Origin: Octopus vulgaris
Lineage: Eukaryota
Length of the DNA stretch: 64,000 nt
Assembly: GCA_951406725.2 (NCBI GenBank)
Contig: OX597837.1
Location: 31,558,001-31,622,000 of the forward strand
Reading direction: 5' to 3'
This document shows, in pieces, positions 27,990-42,370 of the stretch (within the stretch, counting starts at the first letter, position 1; each line of letters opens with the position of its first letter). The translations under genes and the position numbers were made by a program. A model generated the notes under the pieces. That model saw nothing but the letters and a program-made list of their open reading frames with translations, had not been told where the DNA came from and did not search any database.

Positions 27990-28204
27990 TTGTGTGTCTG
28001 TGTTTGTCCCCCTAGCATTGCTTGACAACCGATGCTGGTGTGTTTACGTCCCCGTCACTTAGCGGTTCGGCAAAAGAGACCGATAGAATAAGTACTGGGC
28101 TTACAAAGAATAAGTCCTGGGGGCGATTTGCTCGACTAAAGGCGGTGCTCCAGCATGACCGCAGTCAAATGACTGAAACAAGTAAAAGAGTAAAAGAGTA
28201 AAAG
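27728..28204 (+). mobile_element. SINE family A with a short internal inverted duplication (27913-27939)
   Basis: Family sequence; ACGACAGGCTTCTTTCAGTTTCCGTCT is the reverse complement of ~27858-27884. Confidence 0.8.
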
Positions 28205-28238
28205 ATATATGTATATACACACACATTCACACACATAT

Positions 28239-28346
<108 letters not shown>

Positions 28347-28361
28347 GTATATATATATATA

Positions 28362-28575
28362 TGTTAGAACGCCGGGCGAAATGCGTAGCCGTATTTCGTC
28401 TGTCGTTACGTTCCGAGTTCAAATTCCGCCGAGGTCGACTTTGCCTTTCATCCTTTCGGGGTCGATAAATTAAGTACCAGTTACGCACTGGGGTCGACGT
28501 AATCGACGTAATCCATTTGTCTGTCCTTGTTTGTCCCCTCTGTCTTTAGCCCCTTGTGGGTAGTAAAGCAATATA
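28362..28575 (+). mobile_element. SINE family B
   Basis: Family sequence, 5' truncated. Confidence 0.8.
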
Positions 28576-28749
28576 TATTAGAAAACACTTGCCCAAGGTG
28601 CCACACAGAGGGAATGAACCTGGAACCATGTGGTTGGGAAGCATGATACTTACCACACAGCCACCCCTACGCCTTGTGAAAATTTCTTTAAAATTTTTGT
28701 TTACCTTTGTATATAAATAAATGCATTTTGTTCAAATGTTCGTTTCCTT

Positions 28750-29043
28750 TGGTCGAGCAAATCGATCCTAGGACATATTCTTTGTAAGCCTAGTACTTAA
28801 ACTATCGGTCTCTTTTGCCGAATCACAAACACAGACACACAAATACACAAACACACATATATATACATATAACTATATACGACAGGCTTCTTTCGGTTTC
28901 CGTCTACCAAATCCACTCACAAGGCTTTAGTTCTTCCGTGGCTATATTAGAAAACACTTGCCCAAGGTGCCACGCAGTGGGACTGAACCCAGATCAATGT
29001 GGTTGGAAAGCAGAATACTTACCACACAGCCACTCCTGCGCCT
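28750..29043 (-). mobile_element. SINE family A (internally deleted); its head plus flank is duplicated at ~28577-28745
   Basis: Family sequence; ~165-bp direct repeat 28577-28745 / 28948-29113. Confidence 0.75.
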
Positions 29044-29610
29044 TGTGAAAATTTCTTTAAAATTTATGTTTACCTTTCTATATAAATAAATGCATTTTGT
29101 TCAAATGTTCGTATCCTGTTGTCATGTTTCAAATATATCGTTTAATTTCATATGGATTAATATTAGAAGTCATTTTGGAATGGCCATTCTTGACAAATGG
29201 TCGTGATTGGAGAAACCGTATCTGACTTTCTATTTCTAGACATAGAAGTGTAACCAGACGAAGATACTGAGTTGAAGAGTTGAAGAGTCGATTATGTCGA
29301 TTGCACTAAATGTACTTCTGACTCATTTTATCAACGACACAATATCGAAAAACAAAGATGGTCTCGGTGACAATTGATGTAAAGTAAATAGAAGGATCTA
29401 TGTTCGACGCACCGATTGGAACTTCCTGCAACAATGCATATGCATACAGACAAAAAACACAAAACACACGTACACACACCACCAGAGCACAAACATGCAT
29501 ACACTCACGAGATCGCGCACACACAGCCACAGCCACACGCAGATACACGCGCACACACTCGCAAGCCGGCTCTCACACACGCACACACAGACACATAAAC
29601 ACACAGACAG

Positions 29611-29642
<32 letters not shown>

Positions 29643-30144
29643 ATCAATGTAGCCGAGCAGACTATCAGATTGTTAAACACACTGGACAAAACGCTTCCAA
29701 TTGTTTCTTTTGGATCTTGGCCCAAATGCTTCAACTAAACCGTCTTCCCAAGCTCGTGGAGTCTTGTTGTGACGCAAATAGAATAAGCTTGTTCAATGTC
29801 CTTCGCAGTAGTAACGAAGCCCTACACTTAAAGGCTGCGTGGCAAACTTTGTGAATATACATCCCTTATAAATGAATATATTTTCGTACTTTTTATGAGT
29901 TTCGAATGGGAGATAAAATCAAACAAAGACAAAAAAGAAAGAAAGACGGCAGTGGTATAGTTTGCGAAAGAGTTTATTAAGAAGAAATGAAACGTTTCTC
30001 AAAGATTAGAATGTCAGGAGTCGTTATTCAGAAGGTCCAGTTCAAGTATTCCACAGAGATTTCTTTAAACTTTCGCATCCAAAGGTACTGAAATAAAGAA
30101 ACATGAGATTTGTAACCTATACCGAATACTTCACATCTCAGATA

Positions 30145-30179
<35 letters not shown>

Positions 30180-30226
30180 TCTCTCACACACACAAAATAC
30201 GTATATATATATATATATGTATGTAT

Positions 30227-30262
<36 letters not shown>

Positions 30263-30299
30263 GTATTTCTTCTTTCGACTGTTGGTTCTCTTTAGAGTT

Positions 30300-30540
30300 A
30301 TGAGCCTCTGTGATCGGTGCCATTCATCGCGGCGCAGGGCCTTCTCCTCCCAGGGGACTGGTGAGATGCCGGAGTTCCTTATGTACCTCTTCAGCACATC
30401 CCTATATCGCAACATCTTGCTCCACTGCTCTGCTCGTTCTTACGCAGTTCAGTATAAAATAATGCATTTCGGAGCCTGCTGCCCTCCATCCTGCAAACAT
30501 GTTCCACCCAGCGCAGTTGCGATGTGATAGTGATGGCCTC
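30300..30540 (-). mobile_element. RTE-like LINE C-terminal remnant
   Basis: LRYRDVLKRYIRNSGISPVPWEEKALRRDEWH resembles RTE R..D.LK..L...GI....WE..A.DR..W. Confidence 0.5.
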
Positions 30541-30611
30541 TACTCTAACTAACATATATATATATTTGTGTGAGTAGATGTGATCGTGTGTGTATGTATG
30601 TAATTATACAT

Positions 30612-30649
<38 letters not shown>

Positions 30650-31764
30650 TGACAATATGAAAAATAACATTTACTGCGAAGTAGCAATAGCATTACCTGT
30701 AATTCTGTAATAAGTATCTTCCGCCTTTTAAGACCAACACGTTTCGGTTGCACCGATTAGAAATCGTTGCAATTGCAACCCTATTATAAAACGGTGTAGT
30801 GTGATGGGCACAATGAATCGAATCCTGGTTATCGACTGATACAGCTAAAAGGGGACATACGTCCTACATAACTGTCAGACCAAGAAACCTTAGCAAAGAT
30901 GGGGAGCTTCGAAATACTTTTACACGGAAAACTTGTCACAATACTAGCTTTACGCATTCATAGCCACACAATACATATTCTAGAGCAGAACTGATAACCT
31001 GATCAAATTGCTGCGCTGAGTGAAGGGCTTGGGCAATCTGATATGATGTCAAGTATTTACAAACAGACTTCAATACTTTCTATAAACAATAAAATTTAGA
31101 AAAGTGTTTAGTTTATCGTCCTTCCGTTATTTGCGATATTGTGTAGCTCTTACAAATCCGGTGAGTGGATAAAGATGTTGCGTACCATCTTTGACGAAAT
31201 ACAAATCTTTGAGATTCAGTTCCTTTAACTGTGGTAGTAACTACAGTCGTAATGAGTAAAGTAAATTAAATTTTTGTGAAATACTTACCACAAACATTTC
31301 CGGTTTTGAGTGGAACCAACTCTGGGGCCATACACAGGGAACCGCCAATGCAAGCTCCGAGAGCTGCTTCACCGCTGAAATGAATCGAAAATTAAGACAG
31401 TCATTTCGATGTCGAGAATCTCAAACAATCATCGAACTGCGTTATTTCAATTAGTTCAATGATATAAAATGAATTCTTTAGTGCGATAATCAGTAAGCTT
31501 ATTGTCAACAGAAAGAGATATTGCAATAACATTAAATTATACGATGTAGACATGTTTCTTTACTAAAGTCATTGGTGATTCAGAGAAGTGTTTCGTCTTT
31601 ATGTCCCGCGTGGAAAGTTAGTGCGATTATCTCTTGCGGGGCGGCAGGGGTGAGATAATCATTCCTCCAGATTAATAATCATGAACGGCAGAATTTGTAG
31701 AATTGACGCGTAAATGAATGGAAATAGCTGAAAGCGATATCGAACCCACGTATATACACATATA

Positions 31765-31811
<47 letters not shown>

Positions 31812-31822
31812 CACACACACAC

Positions 31823-31867
<45 letters not shown>

Positions 31868-31933
31868 GGTCCCGGGTTGATTCGGGGTTAACCACAGTAA
31901 GTAAGGTACTCAATACATAGCAGAGTAAAATTA

Positions 31934-32074
31934 ATTTATTATATAGAAGGAGCTTCTACAGGACTAGTACTGTTTCATTCCAGAGAAATCTTCAGGAAGA
32001 CATCATGGCTTCCTGAAGATTTCTCTGGAATGAAACAGTACTAGTCCTGTAGAAGCTCCTTCTATATAATAAAT
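31934..32074. repeat. Perfect 66-bp inverted repeat with 9-nt loop
   Basis: 31934-31999 is the exact reverse complement of 32009-32074. Confidence 0.95.
32008..32056 (+). ncRNA. Minimal type-I hammerhead ribozyme motif
   Basis: Stem I GCTTC/GAAGC; core CTGAAGA (32013-19); stem II TTC/GAA with a U.U pair at its base; GAAAC; stem III ACAG/CTGT with palindromic ACTAGT in the loop; GTA cleavage triplet 32049-51. A mirror copy lies on the - strand in the left arm. Confidence 0.65.
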
Positions 32075-33199
32075 ATATATATATATATATATACGTATGT
32101 ATGTATGTATATTCTTTTATTATTTTATTTGTTTCAATCGTATCAGACGGGACTCCTATGATCTCATGCAAACGTTGATTATGCAGTTCATCTTATGTAG
32201 CCAATCTGCAGGTTAATGAACGTGTATATGATGTTGTGTCTGGAGACAGTCATTTTTATTTTCGTGCCCTAAAATGTAACACACGCACCGGTAAAATTTC
32301 CACCTGTCTCTTATTTTAATTTTCCTAAAATTTTCGTTGCATCTTCCAACCTTTTCAATAGTCTTGACTCTCTTGCATATCATGTTGTACCTTAATATCT
32401 TATAAATACTTTCCCAAGATTTCTTTGATTGTCTGCATATAATTTATGTAAAACATGATACTGGATTTCATAACAAGTATACAATTACCACACAAGAACC
32501 GATATACACATGGTCGTCTAAAAACTGGTTGTTAAACAATTTGGGCGTTAAATTGTACTGGACAAACATATCAGTACACACACATACACTCATACACACA
32601 AACACAAGCACACACAAACACACACACACACATACACACACACAAATAAACAGTGACACACGTATAAAGTAAATCTACACTGATTTTCCAGAATGTGTGA
32701 ATTGCGTCGGTGGATTATCCATTTTGTGGTTTTGAACCCTCCTCGTTTTTCTCCGCATTTTGTATTATGCCGAGTGAGCTTTTTCCGAAACGAGTATCTC
32801 TTAGATAAAAACTTGAATCACTCTCATCTCTATCATCCTTCTATTTCTCTCTCCTTCTCTCTCACACACACACAAACACACGACGACATTAATCCAAGCA
32901 CTCACATAATCACATACGCGTCTTAATATATACACGCAAATTAAAAGAAAACGATAGTTATAATACACAACAAAATAAAGAAAGTATTCTTACGCAGCAG
33001 CACCGCTGGACAAAATTCCCAAACCAGCAGACAATCTCAGAATACATTCGGTACCGACGTTAACATTGCAGCTTGCGTCCTCTGAAATATAAATGAAAAT
33101 TTGTATGCGCACAGTCGTATATGTATACATACATTCATGCATATATGTGTGCACATATATATATATATAGATAGATAGATATAGTTGGAATTTATATAA

Positions 33200-34340
33200 A
33201 GCCAAAGGACGAAGACGCGTGTGTAAACAACAAACAGGTGTATTAGCTTAACGCTTGGGAAGGTGAGACAGTCTTTTACATTTCAAGCCTAGGCTCTTCA
33301 ACAGAAAGGATCACGAGAAACTAAACAGAGAGGGAGGGAAAAAGGCTTGGAGCCTAGATATCAATCATAGCGATTGCTGGGTTCTCAGAAAGGAGAGCTA
33401 GGAAGAAGGGGAGATAATAAAGTAGTGGAGATCCCAAAACGAAGGTGCGTTTGCGTGTGTGTGTGATAGAACGTGTGTGTGAGTGCGTGTGGATAGGGGC
33501 TGGTGACTTTGACGTGTGGACGTACACTTTGACGTGTAGGGTCAGTTAAGGATAGACGGGGTGACGATGAAGCGAGAGTGTAGAAGAGAGAAGATGTGTA
33601 GGCGTGACGAGAGGAAGTCAGAGCAAGAGATTAGAGGTGGGTAGGAGTGAAGAGAGAAAGTAGAAGTGTGAGGAAGAGAGGAGAGTGCTGTGGTGTTAGA
33701 TGAAGAGAGGAGAAGAGTTGAGCCCATGTGGCGCAAAGGAGCGAAGAGGGAAGAATAATTCGTGTTCACAGCGAAGAGACCGGATGGCCCCCGTGCTAGG
33801 ACGATCCGAACACAGACAGGTGTTGTAAAGAATGACCGGTAGAGGGGAAATAGCACGAGGCCGGGGTGTCTAATCTCTCGGAGGTGTTCCGTGCACCGGT
33901 CAGCCAAGCTGCGTCCCGTTTGGCCGATGTATAGAGAAGGACAGTGGGAGAGCTGGAGATGCAGTAGATAACATTGCTAGAGGTGCAGGTGAAGGAGTCA
34001 GTGATATGATAGGGTCGATGATGGGTACCTTTGATGAGTGTGGTGTTGGAGAGGTAGAGGCAGGTGCGGCAGCGTAGGCGGGAGTAGAGGAACTAGCCGT
34101 GATGGTAGGTGGGGTGTGGGAAGAAACTGTGGACCAGGAGGTCACGTAGGTTGTGTGCTCGTTTGAAGGATGGGAGGGATAGATTAGGGAAGATGTGCGA
34201 AGTGGAGGATTCGGACTGGAATCACGGGAAAACTCGGAGAATATTGCTGGAGAGGGAAGGTGGAGCGGTGGTCGCTGAGGGGAATCTGGAGACGGGTGAC
34301 GGCGAAACAGGTGCAGGGAGAGAGAGAGCAGATGCAATAT
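33200..34340 (-). mobile_element. Penelope-like element 3' remnant (GIY-YIG endonuclease)
   Basis: Minus strand near 33860-34000 reads SFTCTSSNVIYCIS...LY/IGQTGRSLADRCTEHLREIR with a frameshift; degenerate hammerhead-like sequence near 33275-33300. Confidence 0.75.
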
Positions 34341-34888
34341 ATACATATAAAGTTCGTAAGCGTGTGCAAGCGTGCCATCTGGTGTGTGTATGTGTGTGTA
34401 CGTGCGTGCCACTGTGTGTGATTGTGTGTATGTCCTTCTGTACGTGTGTATACGTGTGTGTGATGATGAATATTAAACTATTACATACCGCACATGGAGG
34501 TCAAGAATCCTGCATCTCCTGCACAGCCTGCTGCGGTCATGCAATGAGCAACGCTGGTCAAGTCACTGGAATAGAATCGCAATAAACATGGTTATTTCTA
34601 CATTGTACTAAATACGAATAGAATGCGTAAATGAGATATTGAATGTTAAATGTTGTTTGTTTGTCTCAAATGATAATTGTCTCTAGGGTCGCATCGTTAA
34701 AATTATTTACGAAAATGTTTATGTGTAACCAATAGAATATGTTTCTAATCCAAAACACAAAGAAATGATGGTGATTGATGTTGAAATTATCTCCTCTAAT
34801 TATTTATATATACACAGTAATCAGATACGGATAATACGTAAACATATACATGCATGCATCTATAAATACATATATACCTGTATATCTG

Positions 34889-34922
<34 letters not shown>

Positions 34923-37904
34923 TGTATGTATGTATGTATGTATGTATGTATGTATGTATGTATGTATACCTGTATGTATATATGTATGTATGTATATATG
35001 TATGTATGTATTTATGAACGTATGCACGTCATTATTCAGTTTTAATTCAAGAATCCTTTCCAATAGAGAAAGAGCCGGTTTCTAACTTAAATCCAAAGTT
35101 CTTTTATTGCAGCATCAACAACATCAAAAATGTATTTTTGCATGCATGTCTGTATATGTGCAGTATTTGGAGTCAGTACGTGTGTAAATGTGTATGTTTT
35201 GTTTTATGTTATGTATTCTCATCCATGTATTTGCATATCCAGACAAGCACATATATACTTCAATGATAAACCTCTGGAACGTTTTACAGATATTTACAGT
35301 GCCATTGATGACTTGGGACTGTAGTTTTGGAATCAGCTTTCTCCTTTCTGGTTTTGAGATGCCCATGTTCTCAAGATTGGTACTTAGTATGTTACATATA
35401 TTCCATGCATGTATGTATTTATGTTTTTATGTATGTAGAATGTATGTATGTATGTATGTATGTATGTATGTATGTATGTATGTATGTATGTATGTATGTA
35501 TACGTACAAACATACATACGTGCATAAACACTTCAAATCGAATATTGAAAGGGACACTTTTTCAAATAGTATAAAGCCCGCAGACGTTAGATTATGTGAG
35601 GTAGGATCAAAAGCAAAGGTAAGAATCAAAAAGTCCTTCCAGAAAGAAATTCATCATCTTACCTGCATAAATCAGAACGGTTAAGGTTTGTTGCTACTTC
35701 GTTAATTTTGCCAGCAAGACAACCGATGGCTACATCTGTATTACACTCGCCATATGCACCTGAGAACAATGATTAAATATTTAGAAATGTAAATATTTCT
35801 GAGGATTTTTTAATTCCTACAAATATATAAATCTATGTGATAATATATTTGCAATAAATTATACGATATTACTAGGAAAATATTCGTTATATATTCACCT
35901 GATATATACAGAGATTTAAACATCTATTGGATATACTCACACATTAACATGTACATCAGCTCTATTGCAAGATGAAAAAAAATCAAATTGACTTATTGAC
36001 ACCTTAAAATATCAATCTGGTATAGTCACCAATGAAAGATCAATATATCGATAGATTAAACATTAAAATATATATTTGGATTAATGGGTTACATAACGGA
36101 ATGCACATGTAGAGATTAAAGTAAAATAGTGCATAATTTTATACAGTAAGATCCATGGCTTGTTAAACCTATGTATATCTGTACTTATGTAGAGGAAACG
36201 ATTAAAGGTAGCTTATAATCCAAAATCTACTGGGTAGGGTGAGAATCTATTAAACGCTCTCTATTCATTGGTGGCTGATCGAATTACAGATTACATCGAA
36301 AGATGAAAGACAGACACTCACGCAAACGCTCACATTTTTAATTTAGTATATTTTTATGAATGGGTTAATTGGTGGAAGTTGGTGCCTATCTTTTATTTCT
36401 CGCGTCTTATTCTCTGCCTTGACTGCCTCCATTTCACGGTCTTTTACTTTTTATGCCATTGTCTTGACTCATGTCACCATTTTCATTTGTCCCTTTATAA
36501 TACACAGCGTAATAGTAAATAGAGACATCGACCTTAAGAAATAATATCAACAAAGAACATGTTATCTATTAACAATTCGTCGTCATCTACAATGTTTCAT
36601 CTGTTGTCGATTTCTACAAATACAACCCAACTTTCAGATCAACGGAATAGTGGGTAGTCATTGGTTCCAATTGAACAATGTTTAACATTTCGACCGTCTT
36701 ATTCCCCTGAATGGTATTGTTTTGGATGGGGATTCTTCAAACTATTGCACTTCATGTAGGCCTTATCATTCTCACAGCATATCTCGTGTGTATGTAAATG
36801 AAACTCTACTTTCATCTTTCTATAATCAATAAATCTATCATTTAACAACAAGTTATGTCATATATTTAGGGACTTGCTAAGCGCATTGCAACGGTTTTCA
36901 AGTATAAACTATAAAAGATATAAAGCAAAATATTATTCAAATCTGGACTCACCGGCGACAAAGAGGGCAGCAATAAGCATAAACTTGTACATGTTGAAAG
37001 ATGGTTTTAGTGTGACTTCAGACGGTCTCAGCAGTAGTTCAGGAAGGCGTTGAATACTTATAGTGAAAACTCTCGTTATATTTATAGGTACGTACACCTA
37101 ATTAATATTAAATACGTTATTGATTGCTACCAACATATGTTTTACCATTCATTGCGATATTGTTTGAACATTAATTAAATTTCATTCAAATATTTCAATA
37201 GAGCACTTTCAAGATATTTTTTATCTTTTGAGTAAATAAATATGTAAATATGTTAATTACCCATAACTCAATGTTCAGAATTAAAGTCCCAATACCGTTA
37301 GCTTTACTTTATAAACATCCGTCGTACTTTTACACCTCAATTAATACTAGTAATAGAGATTTTGTTTTTAGAATTCCTTTCAATTTGTAAACTAAGAATG
37401 TCGATATGAATGAATAAAGTTTTGAAATTAAGAACAAAAGCCAAATAAATTATTTCCCTATATCATTATAATTAATAGGTGCTACAATTGGAGAAAGCAT
37501 ACTATCATACAACTTGACGACTTTGTGATACGGTTTCGATTTCTGGAAAAGGCGCAATGACCATTGGAGCTCAAAACTTTCTCATCAATCTAAAATCGAG
37601 GATTATAGAATAGTGGCAATGTTGTTGAGGAATTACAGACTTTTCCGAAAGTAAACAAAATATCCACAAATAAATTAACCAACTAGCGTATGTGGTGTCT
37701 TGACCTGCCAATAATAGCAGCGAAATCCTTCTCATTCCACATATAACTACTTTTTGGAATGAATAACGTTGTAGACCTAACTATGCAAAAGTGTAAGACG
37801 GCCATGACTTCAATGCCATTAATGATTGATCTGGTTGACTGAATTTAATGGGTGGTGTTGGTGGTGCCGGGATGGGTGGGGGGAATGAAGAACCAACAAA
37901 CGAT

Positions 37905-38750
37905 AATATTTTGCTTTTACGCTGTCCAGATTTTCGTATAGCTCTATCAGGAATGCTCCAAAGATTTTCAATTGGGTTCATGTCAGGAGATTGGCTTGGT
38001 CAAGGAACCTTTTTGATCCCAGTTTCAGTCAGATATTGTTGATACCCTTTCGCTGTGTGACACAGAGCCCCATCTTCCATGAATAAAAGCACTTTTTCCC
38101 TTATGTTATCGTGTGAATACATCGGAAGTTGTCATTGCTTTAGCATTTCGATGTACTTTTCAGAGTTTATGGTTCCAACACGTTCTATCAGCTCAGAACG
38201 ACCATTGCTGGTGACAGCTCCCCATACCATTGCAGAGATACCACCGTGTTTCACAGTTGGTTGGAGTCGTTTCAAATCAAATCCTTGATTTGGAAGCCTC
38301 CTGTCCCAAACACGTTCACTGTCTGAAAATAATGCAAATATGGATTCATCTGAGAAAATCACTCTATCCAAAAATGAACTGGATTTTTCTGGCATCACCT
38401 TCGCCCATTTCTTTCTTTTTATGATATTAATTGGTTGAAGGAGAAGTTTTCTTCTAGCTGCTCGTATATAATACCCAAGCTCATGCAGATATGTAACACA
38501 CGTTCTTGGACTAACTTCTAGCTGTTTAGCAATGTCAGGAGCGTTCGATCTGGATTCGTTTTCCACACTTCTCTGCAAACAGCGAAGCTACCTTTCCGAT
38601 GGCCCAGGTCGGCCGGGACGAGAATCTGTTGATTCTTTTACTTGACTTTTGAATTGCACTATAACTCTATTAACACTAACAAGAGGAATTTGAAAATGTT
38701 TGCAAATGTTTAATATAATGGCCCCTGGAATGAAAAAGAATAATTACATT
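37905..38750 (-). pseudogene. Degenerate Tc1-family transposase
   Basis: RAARRK, VIFSDESIF, PTVKHGG..MVWG, FMEDGALCHTAK and SPDMNPIENLW motifs, broken by a stop and frameshifts. Confidence 0.88.
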
Positions 38751-39423
38751 GTAAATTCTACACCTCTGAAAAAGTATTAAGACGGTTAGATCAGAGATTT
38801 TGAATATTAAATGTGTCTATTTACTTCCTGCATGTCTGTGTATCTGGCCCCATTGCCTCCTCTCACCTCCCTTGATCCACACTCCAGACTCATTCTTATT
38901 TTTCAAGCATCCAAAATGGTGAGACCCCTTTGACACCAGAATTGATTACATCACCACGTCCCTTGAAAAGCTAATATAAATGGCAAAACCGGTTGGATAT
39001 CACTACATCCAAAAGATATGCATATATTCCAAAAAAATTTCTTTATAAAAAGATATTAAACCATGAGAAACGAAGGCATTTCTCTTTCACTTCTATATAT
39101 GTTTTCTACATATTTTCAAACCTATACATATGTGTTTGTGTGTGTGTGTGTGTGTGTTTCTGTATATGTGTGTATATATTTCAAAGGCGAGTCAAAAGTC
39201 ACGCTCAAAGACATGTTACAATTTTTCTAAAGTTGAATAAAGTAAAAACTACAATGAATACACACGAACAAGATGAACAAAATGAATAACAGTAATAATA
39301 ACGTAATATAAATATAACGGCAAATGTTTTCGTGCGGGATTTTTGGCCCAACCTTTAGATAAATATACATACATATATATGTATATATATAGGTATATAT
39401 ACATGTATGTATATGTATATATG

Positions 39424-39490
<67 letters not shown>

Positions 39491-39707
39491 ATACATACAT
39501 ACACACACATATATATATATACACATATATACGTATACATATATATACATGAATATCACCGTGATAACCGTGATCACCGTGACCGTCCAGGCTATCAAAT
39601 TTTGCTACACATCGCTGGTCATCCAGCTGGGGAACACATACGCCATTGAAACCGAGAAACCGGGCCCATGAAACTGGTTAGTCGGGAAAAGGGCGCATTT
39701 ATTAAAT

Positions 39708-39752
<45 letters not shown>

Positions 39753-39780
39753 GAATAAGAGTACATCGTGTACGAGTGGG

Positions 39781-40286
39781 TATATATTTGTAAAAAAGAA
39801 GTTTGAAAACGCCACTATATTAGATAAATTTTAATTTTCTTATGAATTTTACATGTTTCGGTTCTTGAAAAAACGAACCTTATCAAAAATATAAAAAGTG
39901 CAATAGAAAAGTTCATAGTTGTTTCTTACTGGTCTCAATAGAATCCGTGTGGTGGTGTTTTGTTGGTAGTTGGTATAATCGCTATATTATAGTTGCGTGT
40001 AGTAAAGAAGTTCATTATTCTTTCTTGCTGTTATCAAAAGGAACCGTGCTTGTGTTCCAATGGAATGGTGGCAAGCCCGCAACTATAATATAGCGATTAT
40101 ACCAACTACCAACAAAACACCACCACACGGATTCTATTGAGACCAGTAAGAATCAACTAAAAACTTTTCTATTGCACTTTTTATAATATTTTTGATAAGG
40201 TTCGTTTTTTCAAGAACCGAAACATGTAAAATTCATAAGAAAATTAGAATTTATCTAATATAGTGGCGCTTTCAAACTTCTTTTTT

Positions 40287-40297
<11 letters not shown>
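39781..40297. repeat. ~217-bp inverted repeat with 80-nt spacer
   Basis: 39781-39997 versus 40078-40297, few mismatches. Confidence 0.92.
40188..40232 (+). ncRNA. Minimal hammerhead motif, U3-A8 core variant
   Basis: ATTT TTGATAA GGTTC...GAACC GAAAC AT GTA AAAT. C3-G8 is replaced by compensatory U3-A8; stem III is the palindromic ACATGT. A mirror copy lies on the - strand at ~39846-39890. Confidence 0.55.
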
Positions 40298-40376
<79 letters not shown>

Positions 40377-40587
40377 ATATGAATTTAAACTATATGAAAA
40401 CCTGAAGATTCAGAAAAAATATATTACATTCACATAAGAGAGATAAGCTCTACGTGGACATCCATTATGCTAGAAGTAGTTCCGCTATGGTCTTACCACT
40501 AAGAAAGGAATGTTCTCAAGAAAGTTTAACAAACGCCAGCATGTAGGCGAGCAAGACAAATGAAAAGAAACAAAATATAGATTTATC

Positions 40588-40653
40588 ATAAACTAATTTC
40601 GCTATTAACATTTACGCAAATTACTTGCGTAATTGTCCGTAGCTCATCAGTAT
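40588..40653 (-). ncRNA. Hammerhead-like motif with long stem II
   Basis: Minus strand: ATA CTGATGA GCTA...TAGC GAAAT TA GTT TAT; short stem I. Confidence 0.45.
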
Positions 40654-40841
40654 TCCTTTGATGTCCACGTAGTGGTCATCATGCAAATGGTCGAGGTTTG
40701 TCTACACTAGAGCAAAGTCTCAGGTTTTTATGCCCCCACACGCATAAAACTCTTGCTATCATTCTGTGGATGTTACGTTGTATTCCAACGCGTAATTTGT
40801 AAATAAAACAAAACGTTACAATAATTTGAAAGACTGTATAC

Positions 40842-40925
<84 letters not shown>

Positions 40926-41120
40926 TCTTTTTATTCTTTTTATTTTATTCAATTTTTTTTTGTTTTTGTTCTTTTCTTCCCTTTTACGATCCCTCTTGAT
41001 CGAAAACCTACGCCACCCCCTTTTTTCTTTTGTTTTTTGTTCTCTTCATCCCCCAAAAGAAAAGCTCTACCTTGTAACTTGTCCCATCTGTGTGCAGCCC
41101 TGTGTGGCCAATAAAGAAAC

Positions 41121-41166
<46 letters not shown>

Positions 41167-41167
41167 C

Positions 41168-41248
<81 letters not shown>

Positions 41249-41274
41249 ATCTTTATATACACACACACATACAA

Positions 41275-41322
<48 letters not shown>

Positions 41323-41449
41323 TTTTAGTTTCACTACCTTCATCTCTACGTCTGTGGCTGTTATGGGTCACCATTAACTAGTATTGCTACACCTTTTATT
41401 AATTCTTCTTTATCTGCTAACATTTAGTAAATGAAGGTGTTTGTTGTTG

Positions 41450-42370
41450 CTAACAATTCCCCTAAATTGGCTCATTTAGGGCTCTTGACAGTAGGTGATC
41501 CAGGTTAGTTTTGAAGACATATACATTCACAACATGAAGGTCTCTCAGTTCCTTTAGGAAGATACTGATGAGGTGTGTGTCTTTGAATCCCAACCTATTC
41601 AATATTTGATCCTCTAGTTTGTCGACAGAGGCGGGATTTTAGGTACTATGCAATGGCACTCTATTCTAATGTTTGTATAACTATCAGTTTGGGACAAGTC
41701 CTTCCTGGATCATCCAGATGTATATTGCAGTATATCTTTCCCGCCTTTGTTTCAGGGATTAGTCTTAACCACTTCAGTCCTTCCTAGTAATTCGTTTTTG
41801 CAATTGAGGCTATCTTCTTTGTGTAGTCTTGCTGGACTGTTAATTTTACACTGTGTAGTGACCATATTTGGAAGCAACAAACAAAACAGCTTAAGACAAA
41901 ATGTCCTCCAGAGGACCATCATGATTTCCTGCTCTCCTCTAAACGTTATAAGAATCCATTCAGCCAACTGCCCGCATTTCATTGCCTACTTAATAATATG
42001 CATATGGAAGAATGCGTAACTTCTTATATCAGTGCCCAGATCACAAACTGTTTGTGATTCTAGAACTGTAATCCCTCTAGATCCAGTATATTTTATCTGG
42101 ATTGCATTTAACTTTGTCAGATAATAGCGCAAAACTTAGAGTTCTTACGCATTAAACGGCATATTATTGCCTTCAGCCCAAGGTGCATGACCTATTCAGC
42201 GTTCTTTGTAACCTGTGAAACTTTTAAGTCATGTGCATAAATTGTGAGTGTGGTTCGCTATGTGAATCAGGGCATATATGAGAGGGATACTATGAATAGT
42301 AATGGTCTTAAGACTGTGCCCTGAGGGACACCACTCAAAGTTTGTGATTCTGTGGAGCTGGCCCCGTAGG
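41450..42370 (-). mobile_element. CR1/L2/Jockey-like LINE reverse transcriptase remnant
   Basis: Minus strand SGVPQGTVL at ~42310-42336 followed by a degenerate (F/Y)ADD-like YAHD; many stops. Confidence 0.6.
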
